A DNA stretch of 64,000 nucleotides, from assembly GCA_964036045.1 (NCBI GenBank), contig OZ038378.1, positions 180,916,001 through 180,980,000 on the forward strand, written 5' to 3'. The notes beneath the pieces are model-generated. The model was not told the origin of the DNA, did not search any database, and saw only the letters and a list, made by a program, of their open reading frames with translations. Every line of letters starts with the position of its first letter. Position 1 is the stretch's first letter. The position numbers and the translations under genes were made by a program. Below, piece by piece: positions 40,151 to 52,874 of this stretch. This DNA is from Eutreptiella sp. 'Long Island Sound 2002' (lineage: Eukaryota; Protista; Euglenida).

Positions 40151-41218
40151 ATCGTATGTACGCGGGCCCCGTAGCCCTCTTACCTAGAGGCATCTCATTC
40201 TGTGCGATTTTGGATATCAGAGCCGATGACCTGCAGAGCAGGTGAGGATGCATGTAAAGAAAAACTGGGCCACGTTAAAAACCAACTCAAGAAAACAAAA
40301 GAAAACAGCAAAAAAAGAAAAGAGTCGAAAAGGTGCAAAAGTGGAAAAAGAAGAAGATCTCCCCTCCTCACTACCTGGACCACCTCAATATGCAAAGCAT
40401 AGGCAGGGAGCAGCAACACAACAACAATACTCACGGTTGCACAAGCCAGTGCAGCACCCCTTATTCCAGTGTTTGTTGTCTGGTTGACGGGTTGACGGGT
40501 TGACGTCATGAGCTGGATGCAGGCCCCGAGACCACACTCCATCGCCCACACGCATCCCAAGTGCCATCGCAATGCGCTTGCTACGGCGCTTACAGCTTCT
40601 GGTGTGGTTGTGTGCCGGATGTGTGTGCCGCACCCCAGGCACAGGCACATCTTAGGCATCTGCAAGGACTTCCTGCAATCGGTTACAACGTCCACAAGCA
40701 GTCGCATGAACACCTCGCAGTCCAGATTCCAGAACTATAATCTACATGACCTTACCGGATCGACCTTTTGAGCCAAAACTCACTGGCTGTTGCCGCTTTT
40801 TGGATGTCGGGAATACATCAAGGAAAAGCAGGGTCTTGGAGCTGCTTGAGGCAAGCGGGGGGGGGGGTGAACTTTTTTGGGTCCCTGCTGCCAAAAACCT
40901 GCTGAAATACTAGTGACCCGCTCAAGTTCGACGCATCATCCCGCCTCCCTCCGTCTCGTTTGAGCCTTGGACCTGATTTTTTGGTTTCATTTTCTCCGTA
41001 TCCAAAACCTGGCGGGGCGTGGAGGGGGGATATGGCTTTTAGCCAACATCTCGCCAATGTCGGGGTACCAAACCAAGAAGGGCCCGAAAGTCTCGCCTCA
41101 CAGTCAGGGGACTCTGCGCCAGGGACCCAAATGGCACTTCAGGGTACGCATGTGGGCACCCACATGGCTGCTTACTCCCCCGCGGGGTCCAGAGACAGCA
41201 AATACACGCTGCTTGCAC

Positions 41219-41450
41219 CTGTAAAGTGAACAGCACGGGACCCCCAAAATCCGGCCCCATTGCCGTTTGCGGGTCCATGGTGGTGCTGACAAACCCCGGG
41301 TCTGTGATCACGATGTCAGCAAAGCGGATGCCCCGGTACGTCCGATACTTGAACCGCCATCGCGGGTGCATTTTCTTGCGAAGTCCCCTCAAAAGCCGAC
41401 GGCAGGAGTTGCGTGAAGCCAGCTTCCCCACAGCACTGTCAATGGCATAC
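41219..41450 (-). CDS. EF-hand/ART gene exon with the NAD-binding R and STT motifs
   Basis: tttgcag|G TAT...CAG|GTGCAA. YAIDSAVGKL..RRLLRGL...DPGFVSTTMD..AM...GGPVLFTLQ. Phases match both neighbours. Confidence 0.85.
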
Positions 41451-42705
41451 CTGCAAATCAGGGGGGTTATCGATCAGGGACGGGACCTGCAAGGGCGGAC
41501 AGGTGGAGTGTCCGGCAATCTCGGGCCCTCAGCACAGCAGCATGGCTATTCCACCTCTCACTGATGAGTAAAGAAATCCAGCGTCCCCTGTTCAACGTAA
41601 TTGGGTTGGTGGGTGGGTCGGTGGACCCCAAGAAACACCATTTCATCCCCTTCCTGCATGGTAACGAGTCTGTATGGAGAACTGCATTCCCCATTGCTAA
41701 GCAAACCACCTTCTTAAACCAATTCGCCTCAATCGGTGGTGCACTGCTTTTCCAGGCATTTTACAGCGGTGATATTGGAGTGTGCTCCCTGTGCCATCAA
41801 ACAGGTGATCCCAGCCGGTTCTGTTCTCAGGCTGAGGTTCTGTACACCCTGGAGCTTGGGCACCCGAGCGGGAGATGCGAATGGACTATGTTGCAACAGC
41901 CGTATTGGATGTTCCGATAACTTTGAACTCTGCCAAGAACAAATGCTCAAGTTTTTGTTCCACCCATGACTGCTTTGGCGCTGGGAACATGGGAGCCAAT
42001 TAGCCCTTGCCTACAGACCGTAACCCATCACTTGGCCTATCCCCTTGCTGATGGGACCAGCCCCTTTCAAGAAAAAAATCATGCACCCAGCCCAAACCGC
42101 ACCGAAGCAAAACTTGACCATTGAGGCCATGAGTGCAACAAGTGGGGCCAAAAATGACTTCATCGAATGCCTTTGATTCCTTGCTCATTTGAGTAAAGCC
42201 TTCGGGCTAATTGGAAGCACTGAGTGTGTTCCTCCACGTAAATCCACAAAAAAGCGGCAAAAACACTGATTTTTAGGCCAAAAAATGGCAATTGTTGGGG
42301 TTACTTTTGGGCATTGTGATACACCAGTTTCTGGATTTATGAAGCCAAAAAACCAGTGTAGTAAATCGCACATAGCATGGCAATCACCAAAATGGAATAA
42401 CCACTGCATTCTCATATCCTGACGAAATTTAAAGCCGGCAGGTCATTCAAAGACATGGCACTGGACCCCTCATTGTACACCACGGTACCCAAAGAACCTG
42501 TCTGGACCCCCACGGCAAATTTTGTGATGTACTTCCATGGCACGCTGAATGTAGACCGGGTTTGCCCCCCTTGCTTTTGGTACCAGCTTCAACCCCCCAA
42601 TCCCACATCCCAATCCACGATGGGCACCCCCAGGCGTTGGGTTTGCAGGGGTGGCCGGCGGACAAGCAATGCAAACAGCATTGGAATCCGAAACATGGCA
42701 CATAC

Positions 42706-42892
42706 TGCGTGACAGAGAAACGCCCACTGTCTGCCCTGAGGCTCTTGTTGAGGGGCTCGTAGCCTGGGCCTGTGTACAGGCGAAGGGCTATGACCTCAGC
42801 GCGGGTCAGGCCAGCAGCTCGAGCCGAGGGATGGCAGAGGAAGTCTTCAAGAGTCATCCCCTGATGCCCTTCGTCGCGCACCGTGAAGCCCC
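42706..42892 (-). CDS. EF-hand/ART gene exon (N-terminal helical part of the ART domain)
   Basis: ctgcag|GG...CA|GTATGT. AGLTRAEVIALRLYTGPGYEPLNKSLR. Confidence 0.88.
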
Positions 42893-43404
42893 CTGCAGAG
42901 CATCGAAGGCGCGTGCGAAGGAGCAAGGTGGGCCGCACGCAACATACGGTAAGCCATTTGGGCACTACGAGGCGGTGCATCAAAATCCACCATCGGGATG
43001 AAGTAGAAGTGGGGCGCCGCATCCAACAGATGCTGCACTCGAGTGGGTTGAGGTCGCAATGTCATACAACTTCCAAGAGGAACGTTGCGGACCATACATC
43101 GCATATGCTCACCGACAGGCCTGCCCATGGGTGGTGCGCTATGCAGCCCTCGCCTGCGATCCTTCAAGCCTCCTCCCAGTCACGCGTCCTGCGACAAACT
43201 TGAGGGTTCTCCCGACGAACAGTCACGGAGGTCGTGGGGCTGGCTCAGGCCACAGGCTTCACCGGGATCAGTACAATACCTCAGTCTATTCAGTTCATGT
43301 GGATCGCAGGACATGCAGAGCCATCAGACACAAGGCGCACCCGGCGGCACCCTGACATGGCACCCGACACGCCCCCCACACGGTCAGTCGCACGCAGTCG
43401 GCAC

Positions 43405-43544
43405 CGTTGTAGTCAGGGAAGCGCCGCGCGGCCTCCAGGAAGGGGATTGGGTTGATCACGTAATCCCAGTGCACCCTCAATTTGGCCAGCGTAGACCACT
43501 CCCTTTCCATGTGGTGCTCCAGCCAGAGAGCGCTTGGGGGGTGC
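43405..43544 (-). CDS. EF-hand/ART gene exon
   Basis: ccacag|G CAC...AAC G|GTGCCG. LEHHMEREWSTLAKLRVHWDYV. Phase-consistent on both sides. Confidence 0.75.
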
Positions 43545-44769
43545 CTGTGGGACAGTGCAGGGCATGCGGGGGAACGCGGCGGAAAGCGACAAAAGGGGAA
43601 CGCCACTTTGGACCCGTGGAAAACCAGTGATGGGCGAGTGGAAGACGAGTGGCGCGGGAGCAGGGCGTGACGTGTGCACGAGAACAAGCTCGGGATTGCC
43701 TCCGGACCATTCCTCCATATCCACATTGCACATCCACGCATGGTATGTGCATAATTCAATTTCTCCGTGGCCCGCACTCCTTTGCGCAGATGCTACGACG
43801 CTTGTCGACGGCCTCTTTGGATGTCTGGATGTGCATTTTGGATGACCGGGGGGGTAGCGGGGCCGTGCAGGCAACCCTCATACTCACACAGGCCTCCATG
43901 CAACGAGATCTGGCCCAGCTGAGGGTTCACGTTGGTTGGGGCTTTCAACATCACAGCAAGGGCTTGGAGACGCCCTTGTCGGTGTCTATCGGGATGTCGC
44001 TATGTATGGTGTTGCTACAACAATAGCGACTGTAGCAACAACAACAAATACAGCAGCAGCACTGGCAACAACCGCGACAACCACAACAGCTGCTACAACA
44101 GCAGCAACTACGTGGGTTCGAGGGGTTGACCCAAATGCGATGTAGCATAAAGCATGCCATCGCAATAACATTACAAAATCCAATAGCTGAACGCTTCAAG
44201 GGCTTGTGTCCTTGGAAAACGTCTCAAGGGATTCATATGCTGATGTTACTTCGAGTTATCACTGCAATCAGTCCAACGGTGGGTCCAACAGTCCAACAGT
44301 CCAACAATTTGCTCAACTCACCCTGGATTAAAGACACCCAGCAGGGGTTCCCTTATATGTGTACCTTAGAGTTCCAGGTACTGTGTCCACAGGAGAAACC
44401 CAGACCCGAACCCAGGAAAGTCCTATTCCCCCCGGTGGGACGACTTCCGGACTGTCTGGCCCACTCATCCAGCTCCAACCCCTCACACCCACCCACCCCA
44501 CCTGAAGCAATGGCCTGCGCCAAACCGACATGGTCGTCATCAAGAGTGGAAATTAAACAATGTTTGGTTGTCAAACCTACGACATGGGGGCTGGCCAACC
44601 CTTTTCAACCCCCCCCCAACCAACCTGCAACCAACCTCCAACAAACTCCAACAACCAACAAACAATCTTCAAACAACGACCCTTTTTTGCACGAACCAGA
44701 TCAGTGGTGGCACGTGCCCTCCGAAGCGCACAGCCCTGGCCGTTGTGCAGGGTAGAAAGGCAAGCGAAC

Positions 44770-44918
44770 CTCTCCCCGGTCTCGTTCAGCAGGCGGCAGA
44801 AGAGGTCACGGCAGCATGCAAGCTTGATGCCAGCCAGCAACGAGGGGTACTCCAGGTAGCGAGGATCCCCTTTCTTGCCCTGTGTGATATAATCAGAACC
44901 CAGCTGAGGGGCCATGGA
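44770..44918 (-). CDS. EF-hand/ART gene exon (linker)
   Basis: caaccag|TCC (two other in-frame CAG acceptors lie just downstream)...GAG AG|GTTCGC. High GC3. Phases match. Confidence 0.65.
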
Positions 44919-46371
44919 CTGGTTGCGAGAGGCCAAAGGGTGCTGCCATGGAGGGTGATTCAGTGCAGGTCTGGACCTCAACACCCGTACTGTGGAGGGC
45001 TCTAACTTGCAACGCACACGACTCTGCATGTAGGGCACTGACTCAACATTTCTCACTCTTGCATTAGACCAACGACCAAATGCCAACTTGTTGTCAAAGG
45101 TGGTGCGCGGCAAAAGGCAAAACAAGAGCGGATCACTGGACCATAGCTGCAGACACAACGTACAGGTGATAGTAGGTAGTGGTAGACTCTGCTCAGCCAG
45201 CCCATCACCTGTTGGCAAACAGGCGAATGCATTGAGGAGCTATCTAGGCAGTGTAAGAGCCTGACTCTCCTAGTAAGGGCATACACTCTTGTTGCCAATA
45301 TAACTGCATAGTGTACACACGACAGCACTGGCACAAATACTTCGCTGCAATCAGCAATTTTCCCAAATTTGTGGGGCTTGCGGTCTGGTTTGGCAACTCC
45401 GAAAAGGGATTCCTTGAATTTGGACACGGGTTCTAGTATGCTAGTGGTTGCGGTTAGTGCACCTAAATACCCCGAACGTGTTGCTTGCATACTGAGCATT
45501 AAAATAATTTGATGACCAAAAGTGCTATGGAAGCTATTTCAAATATAATTGGGCACCACACCCTGAGCTTACAACACACTGCTCACCCACGGAAAGCTCC
45601 CATTCAGATGTTATAAAAGCTGCTCTATACCATATGCCACTCAGTAATGTCGGCTCCTGTCGCCGGAACTCAGGAAGCAGCAACTGCGTCCTGTGTCAGA
45701 CTCAATTGGACCCAACCGTGTGCAGGGCAGATACCCTCTCTGTACCTCAAACAATGCAGGCAGAAGATAACCGGCAGCATTGGGCAAGCGGCACCCACAC
45801 GACAGCGGGCAGGAATAAGGCAATGATGGAGTTGGTGGACGAAATGAGAGCAGACTTGGCACTAGTGTCCGCCCGTCTGCATGCGGAGCACAATCCATTG
45901 TGGCCCACTGAGCAGATTTATGGTTTCAGCTTCGCAAATTCGAGGTGCGGAAATCACGATTCCTGGCCACTCCTCCAGATTTTCGCAGCGATGAGGTGTG
46001 TGCAGGCCAGGTACTTCCTCAAAAGTAGAGGCGGTTGCGTATTCAGGAAGGCAGCCAAACACCACCCCCTATGAATCATTCGGGGCAACCAACGCTTGTG
46101 GGTCAACAGTTGTGGGTCAACTGACGGTGGTGGAGGGCACCAGATATGTTGTGAAATGTTGAAAGGGATCTGTTCTGGGAACAAACGGATGCCAAAAGCA
46201 AGCATGTCACACAAAAAAACACAGCACTGGAGCCTTGTGCTACAAGGTGCCCTACCAGCCTTTATGAAGGCCATATTCTACCAACGTTGTCCATACTGTC
46301 AACCGACAGTATCCACCTTTGCAACCGCTCTTAAAGCTTCTTCAAGCTCAGCCCCCCTGAAGGCTCAAGGT

Positions 46372-46661
46372 AAGGTAAGGTAAGGTAAGTTGCTCGGGCG
46401 ATCTCCGAACTCCAGCGTATCAGTGATCCCTACCTGTCCCTCGCAGCATCCCTTCCGGCTCGCGGGGTCACCGACACCCTAGCGCCTAGGACACTGCGTT
46501 CGGCCCCCACCGGGATTTGAACCGACGCAGCATCCCTTCCGGCTCGCGGGGTCACCGACACCCTAGCGCCTAGGACACTGCGTTCGGCCCCCACCGGGAT
46601 GCGAACCGAGCACCTTTAGTTCAGGCGTCACGTGCATGACCGCTGAACTACGAGACCTTCT
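46372..46661 (-). mobile_element. tRNA-derived SINE with (TTACC)n tail, internal 84-bp duplication and 15-bp TSD
   Basis: TSD ctgaaggctcaaggt at 46357-46371 and 46662-46676. Minus-strand head GGTCTCGTAGTTCAGCGG...GGTTCGCATCCCGGTGGGGGCC (A/B-box-like). Tail aaggtaaggtaaggtaag on the + strand. Confidence 0.85.
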
Positions 46662-46749
46662 CTGAAGGCTCAAGGTCAGCTGTGCAGGGCAGCAGGGGGG
46701 AAACCCCTCCAACCCTTCAAGCACATGGCCTCTGGGTAACATCGCATAC

Positions 46750-46890
46750 CGCAGGCAACTCAGCTTCATGCAGAGCTTGGAATGCTTGAAGCTGGCCATA
46801 AGTCACTTTCCCATTCTTCTCGGTATCCAGCAGGCCAAACACCAGATCAAGCTCGGCTTCTGACGCGCACCAACCGAAATGCTGCACGAA
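46750..46890 (-). CDS. EF-hand/ART gene exon (EF-hand 2)
   Basis: gcttcaag|TTC...GCG|GTATGC. ELDLVFGLLDTEKNGKVTYGQL. Confidence 0.8.
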
Positions 46891-47850
46891 CTTGAAGCAA
46901 AGTACAAGAGGAACATTATGACACCCGCCCCGAGAGACAACATAGGGACGTACAGGGTCCCACGGGCTAGACAGCACAAGCCGCACTCCAACACAACACA
47001 CAGCTGAGACCCAAAACGGATGGTGGCTATGCAGAGCCGTGTTGGCCCTTCCGGGGGTCTAGACATCATCTTGCACCATCCCTCATTAGCTCATCTGACC
47101 AAGCGTCAAAGAGGTTTGCACGCCGTTGCGGCTGGATGCCGTTGACACCCCACCCCCATGCCCGCGGCTGGCCAAGGTCAGCAACCGCCAGGAACCGCCA
47201 GCCAAATTGGCAGACTGGGCCACACCTAGCCACAGCTACCGGGCCGCCTGGCGGGCTTGGCGGCTGGCTGGGGGTGGCTGGCCATGGAAACCCCCCACCC
47301 TAAAGCCCCAGCCCGCTCCAGTGGCCAGAACACCCTCCGTGGGGAGCCCACCGGTAAGGGGACCAAGCAAGTTTCCCTGCGCCCATTCGCTACTCGCGAG
47401 ACCGTACGCCGTTGTAAAGAAGGGGGGGGGGGTAATTTGGATTTAGCGGCGGAACACGAAAGACAAACGCAACTTTAGGCAAGGAGCAAGCCATGGGATG
47501 CACCCTTCCGACCGTTTCGGCTTCTGTGAATGCCCATGAATCACGACCGATTGTTGTGTGCGCTAGCCCCTTTCTTCTGAAACAACCATCGCGCAACCCG
47601 CACCCTTGTCGACGTGAACGGTGAGCGCTGCTAATGCATTGGCCTCGAATCCTTATTTCCACCAAAGCACGAGCACCCTCCTATTCCGCTTGTCACCAAA
47701 GGCCACCGAGTCATCAGGCACGTGGCCCAATCCACGCCTGTGTGCGCCCTCACATGGACGGGGAAAACAACGGTTGCCCACATTCCACCCGTACAATGCA
47801 CGCGCAACTCCCTTGGGGGGCGAGGTGCGCCAAACCACCTCCATCCGCAC

Positions 47851-47972
47851 CTGCTCCTTGTAAATGTACCCGCTATGTTCCACATCGATGTCTTGGAACG
47901 CCGCTTGCAATAAGTGCCGGCGAAATACGGGGTTGATGGCCGTTTCCAATCGCACACTAGGCGCCGCATCGT
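47851..47972 (-). CDS. EF-hand/ART gene exon (EF-hand 1)
   Basis: cttgtag|AC...CAG|GTGCGG. LQAAFQDIDVEHSGYIYKEQ joins FVQHF of the next exon to complete the EF-hand. Confidence 0.8.
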
Positions 47973-48963
47973 CTACAAGCGCCTTCCAACACGGGGTGAG
48001 GGACCACAATGTCCCACACACTGCAAATGTCCGAAGGCAAATGTACAAACGGGGTGTTCAATTTGTGCATTTGAAAGCAATCGCGAGGTTATGTGTCACA
48101 TGGGCACGCAAGCGCACACATACGCGCGCGCGTAGACAGAGAATAAACTTGATAGCCTTTCGAATATGTGCACGCTTCCCAGCCGTGTGTCTAGATTGGC
48201 AATCGTGTGCACATAGACAATTACACAAAGGAATCCTAACATGATGCACGCTGGCGCCAACAAAAATATGACGTCGTACGCGGGATGAAACCTTTGCACT
48301 ATTTTCTTAGGCCGGAAAGAGACATGCAACCGCGTTTTGTCCGCGTTTTTGTACACAACCAATGTAAACGTTATTTCACTCGACGTCTTGACGGACACCG
48401 ATGGTGCCCCTTGCCATACGTACGTCCCTCCCAAAGAGGGCCTACACTCCATTCCTTGCCGAAGGTGCTCCGGGCGGAAGCTCAACTCGCCGTGCACTTT
48501 TCCATTTCGCCCCTATTGTGAGTATGGCAAGGGCCTCACCTCCCATTGCCCTTAGCCTCACCTCCCATTGCCCTTAGCGTGGCGTTCGACGCATAACAAT
48601 CAGGAACCCAAATTGCATGAGCACCGAGCTATAATTGCAACAAAACAAATCATGCACATCCTGACCAAGTGGGGTTGCATCAAGTGGGCTTTTGGGGCTT
48701 CGGCACCTGCCTGCACCACCAATACTCAATGCAAGCCCGTGACGAGTGTGTAGAATTGCTTCATAAGCGTGGCACCACAGGTGCAAGGGTGCAAGGGTGC
48801 AAAGGGGATTTGTAGTGGCATCCACTCTCTTTGCACTTGGATTTGCTCCCTCGTTTTGTTGTGAACAAGATTCTTGGGATGGTGCCAAACACGAGGGATG
48901 GCGACCGATAGAGTCGTCGTGTTTTCGTACACCAATAATCACAACGACACCTATGACACTCAC

Positions 48964-48970
48964 GCTTCAT
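48964..48970 (-). CDS. Candidate first micro-exon of the EF-hand/ART gene (ATG AAG C)
   Basis: Consensus donor C|GTGAGT gives the phase 1 needed by exon 47851-47972, and an AG lies 9 nt upstream of the ATG. Speculative. Confidence 0.3.
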
Positions 48971-49453
48971 ATAGTCGTCCTCAAATGCGATGATAATATG
49001 TGCAAGGGGAGAGGTGGGTAGTAGCGACGGAGAAACGGAGAAAGCACGAGAAACCACGCGACAACAACGTGGCACCGCCGTTTGTTGTTTTGTTTTCGGG
49101 TTGTCACCAAGTCCGAAGCAAAGCATGGTGACGGAAGAACTAGCAGTGATTTTGTCGGGATGGTTTGATTCTCGACCTAATTAGATAATGCCGGGTTTTC
49201 TGGTGTGGTTCTCAGACGTTGTTTCGGAACATTTCCCACGGTACAATCCGGCAATAAACATGAAGGATGCAATTTTCCCTCTCCGATGCCAACCTTGCTC
49301 TTCCTTTTGTGTTGATTGAAGAATGGTTGCAACGCAAAGCACATATTCCAACACGTACCTCGCGCCCGCATTGGCGACTCATGAGGTTGCCATGTTGCAG
49401 TCCGGAACTCCGTGTGCGGGTGTTCGTGTGTACGAGACAACGACCTCCACCTA

Positions 49454-50075
49454 CTCCGTCCCCCCCGACTGTAGACCCGGGTCTTATAATTTTTTCACCC
49501 TGAGCCATGTCGGGTGGGTGTTTCATAGTGGTCTTTTTGAAGTGGGTCTTATACTTCTTTGTACGGAGCACACTGTGACCTGTTTTCTCAGCCACCAAAG
49601 AATGCCGGTTTTGGTGACGCAACTTTTATCCGTTTTTATTCTTCAACCGAAAAAACCTGTTTTTGGGGGCAATGACATCATCATTATGTCACCACACATT
49701 TTCACATAATGAATCGAAACATTGATGTATGAAGAATTTTGAGGTTCAACAATCCTGGTCTTTGCCGAGAGCAAAAAGTATAGGACATCCATCCAAAAAG
49801 CACCTCATCCCGTGGCGGTTGCACTCTACCAATGGTATCTACAGCTCCCGGCGGGTCAACGGTTTTGTCGTTTTTTGGGTTGGGTTTGAGGTTGAGGACA
49901 ATTTTGCTTCATTTCATTGTGCTCCGCAAAAATTTCCCCGGTGGGTCTTATATAGAGGTCTTTTTGAAGTGGGTCTTATAGCTGTCTTTGCCGAGGAGGG
50001 GCCCAAAAAAGGGGTGGGTCTTATAAATGGTCTTTTGCTGGTGGGTCTATAGTCGGGGGGGGGGGGGGGGCGGAG
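49454..50075. mobile_element. Tc1/pogo-type MITE with TA TSD and subterminal gggtcttata repeats
   Basis: TA|ctccgtcccccccgactgtagaccc ... gggtctatagtcg(G-run)cggag|TA, with multiple gggtcttata copies near both ends. Confidence 0.8.
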
Positions 50076-52289
50076 TAACCACCCTTGCCACGAAGCCACA
50101 CTCCATGTGCACCATCATGGACCGATGCCGCGATGCAAACACACTTTTCCATTTCTCAACAACTTGATAGGTGGCATGCGTTGCAAACCGACTTCGTAGA
50201 CATCGCCCAAGAAACCCTAACGAGGTGCCATAAACGTTGGTCCAGGGCTAATCCGAAGAGACAATGATCACATCGCACATTGCTCGGTTTTACGGTTGGT
50301 TGCATGGCGGCTATTGTGTTGTTCCTTTGTAGCTTCATGGCCCCCCATGCTTCCTTGTTGAAGCGGTTGTTCGATCGTATGCCATTATCGATGCTCACTA
50401 GTGAGTTATACGTGGATGGGTAGTCTCGTCAACGGGCACGAATGAACAAGCATGAAGGCAACCAGAAGTGGCTTACGCCCATACACAAACACTATGCTCG
50501 GTTAAATTGTCGGATACTAGTGTGCCGCAGAGGTGTGTGCATAGGAAATGGAGCACAAGAATCTTCAGTGGATATGCACAACACTATGCAAACACCGCCG
50601 TCCTCCAAAGGAGAGGCAAGTGGACCTTGTCCTTCTACCTTGGTGGCTTTGATTGTAGTGCCCGTGTGCAAATGTGGCAATTGGTCACAGCGCCACGGTT
50701 TCTACAAACCCAACACCACCTTCCGTCGAACACTCGCGCACAAAGAGCCAATTGAAGTTTCCGCATTAAACATTTGAACCTTGTTTGCTACTGTGCTATT
50801 ACGATTTTGAATCTGAAACCATCTGTTTTTCTATCGGTTGCCGGGTTCGGCTCCATGTCAAATTAGGGCCAGGCTTTCAAGGTTTTACAAAAAAATGTCC
50901 AATCATGTCCTAGCCGAAATCAAGCCACTTGGGACATTTCAAGACTTCTCGGCCATCCATTGGGAACATTAAGAGACTTCCCTCTGTGGGTTGGTTGGAA
51001 CCATTTGCGACTGTACGAGATAGTTGGCACAGCAAAGCGAGGCAACAAAGCGATTATCAAGCAAACATGAAATATGCAAGCTTTAATACATGGGTGACAT
51101 GAGCGCTTTCATGCATGGCGTGTGCAATTGCATGGATGCATCACCATTCACATGCATGCATGCACTCGTATGGGCGATATGTTATTATGGTCCACTGAGG
51201 GTCCCCAAATTGTAATCTGGGCGCCCTACTATGCGTGCAGTGTGTGCTCCATTCCCCTGTGTTGGACCCATGCGTGGAGCTGGGCTTGCTGTTCCGTGGG
51301 GAAACCAAACCGCATGAGGCTTGTCTTGAAAGACCCCTCCCACTAGCGTCCTGGGCTTTTAGAGGTTGTACTGTGTGAGGTGTGCCTCTCGCATTTGTAG
51401 TGTTGAACCATGGCTTTCTTCTTGCAATTTCAATCCATAAACGGCTTCAAACAGCGCCTGTACTTTATGCGAATGGAGACGACTAGGGCAATGCTCATCG
51501 TGTTGTCGCGGAAGCGGAATGGACGGTGGGGAAGTAGTACAAGGTTGATGTGTTTGGACACTTGTAAGAGGTATAGCGGGCTGTAAAAGGCGTGTTCTTT
51601 GTCCACACGATAGAGGCATGATAGTTGGGCAGACTAAGCTCCCTAGTTGCAACAGTCATTGTGAGGGTCATTCGGGAAATTGCCGAGAATTTTTTCTGTG
51701 ACATTATTGGACATTTTACTGTAGAGGGGGTAGGCTGGGGAGGAGAGTAAGCAAGTATTCAGTCAGCGGTGAAAAGGGCACCCCGAGAAGGGAGGGGTTA
51801 TGTAGCCACTTCTCATTTTGTCCCCTTCTTGGGGAATCCCACGGCAGGGGTTATGTAGCCATTCCGCCCTTAGGCCGTAAAAGGATTCACATCTTGAAGA
51901 TGATCTTCACGCTCAGGGACCAGAACGAAGGCGCCTCGCAGCACCAGACGGGCTTGGGTCCAACCCCGTCTTATGCAGCTTCGTTGCCTTTGCTTTCTCC
52001 CCCCGGCATGTGCACTAGGGGGAGTAGGGTGATTTGCCAAATGCCGGCGCAAAAAGGCCCGTCCCTCACGGTGGCAAGGATTTCTCTTGGAATTTGTGGA
52101 TTTTCCTGGATTTTTTACAAATCTGTAGATTGAGACCCAGGCTACTCACCTATATAAAAAGTTCCAGATTTGGTGCCAGATTGCCAGAAGGTGAGACCTT
52201 CGGCGATGCGCTAAAAACGTTGCCAAATGCCAAAAAGACGCGCGCACTGCTCAGACTGCTGCCAGAGTGCTGGCTTCTTCACTCCACTA

Positions 52290-52874
52290 CTCTAGTTTGC
52301 CAAATAGAAGACCGGTGACTAATAACAGACCGGGGCCGGTTTCTGAGGCCTTGCACGGGCACTTCACGTTTGCAACCGGGTTCCTATTAAGAGACCGGGT
52401 TGTCACCGGAGGAGAGGCGAGCAACAAATTATGCAATGCATGGGCAACAACACTTGGCGGATTTGTCATCTTGTGTGTGACCTTGGTAGAATAGAGCAAA
52501 CACATCCGGGGGCAATATTAATCTTAGACCAAGCACCACCATCTCCGGCGAAGGAGGGCAGTGGTGATGGATAGGTGCCATGGAACCCGTTGCCAGATGC
52601 TTGGGCTTGCCTCTACCGGGTCTCGGACTTTGCTTTGGCTTTTTTGGGGCCGCATTGGCGGCGGGTTTGGCTGTAGGGGCACTTGAGCTTGAGGAAGCAG
52701 CATCTTGTGATGCTTGTGCGAATTGCGAGCGATCGCCAAATCGATCTAATGCAGCGCATCCATCTGGCGCAGCGCGTCAAGGACCGGCGACCAGGTTCCC
52801 AATAAGAGACGAGGGCCGGCTCAAGACCCCAAAAATTAATAAGAGACCAGGGACTTCTATTTGGCACACTAGAG
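52290..52874. mobile_element. ~585-bp MITE with ~24-bp TIR
   Basis: ctctagtttgccaaatagaagacc is inverted with ggacttctatttggcacactagag. Repeated aataagagac motif inside. Confidence 0.7.

Noticed and set aside
45270-45499. Open frame (KESLFGVAKPDRKPHKFGKIADCSE) as an extra ART exon
   Set aside because: No phase-0 acceptor was found, and exons 46890-46750 and 44918-44770 already join in phase.
46586-46657. Functional tRNA gene
   Set aside because: Anticodon and D stems do not pair properly, and it is embedded in a TSD-flanked element, so it was called a SINE head.
48096-48497. 133-aa minus ORF as an upstream ART exon
   Set aside because: No phase-1 GT donor in that frame and no recognisable motif.
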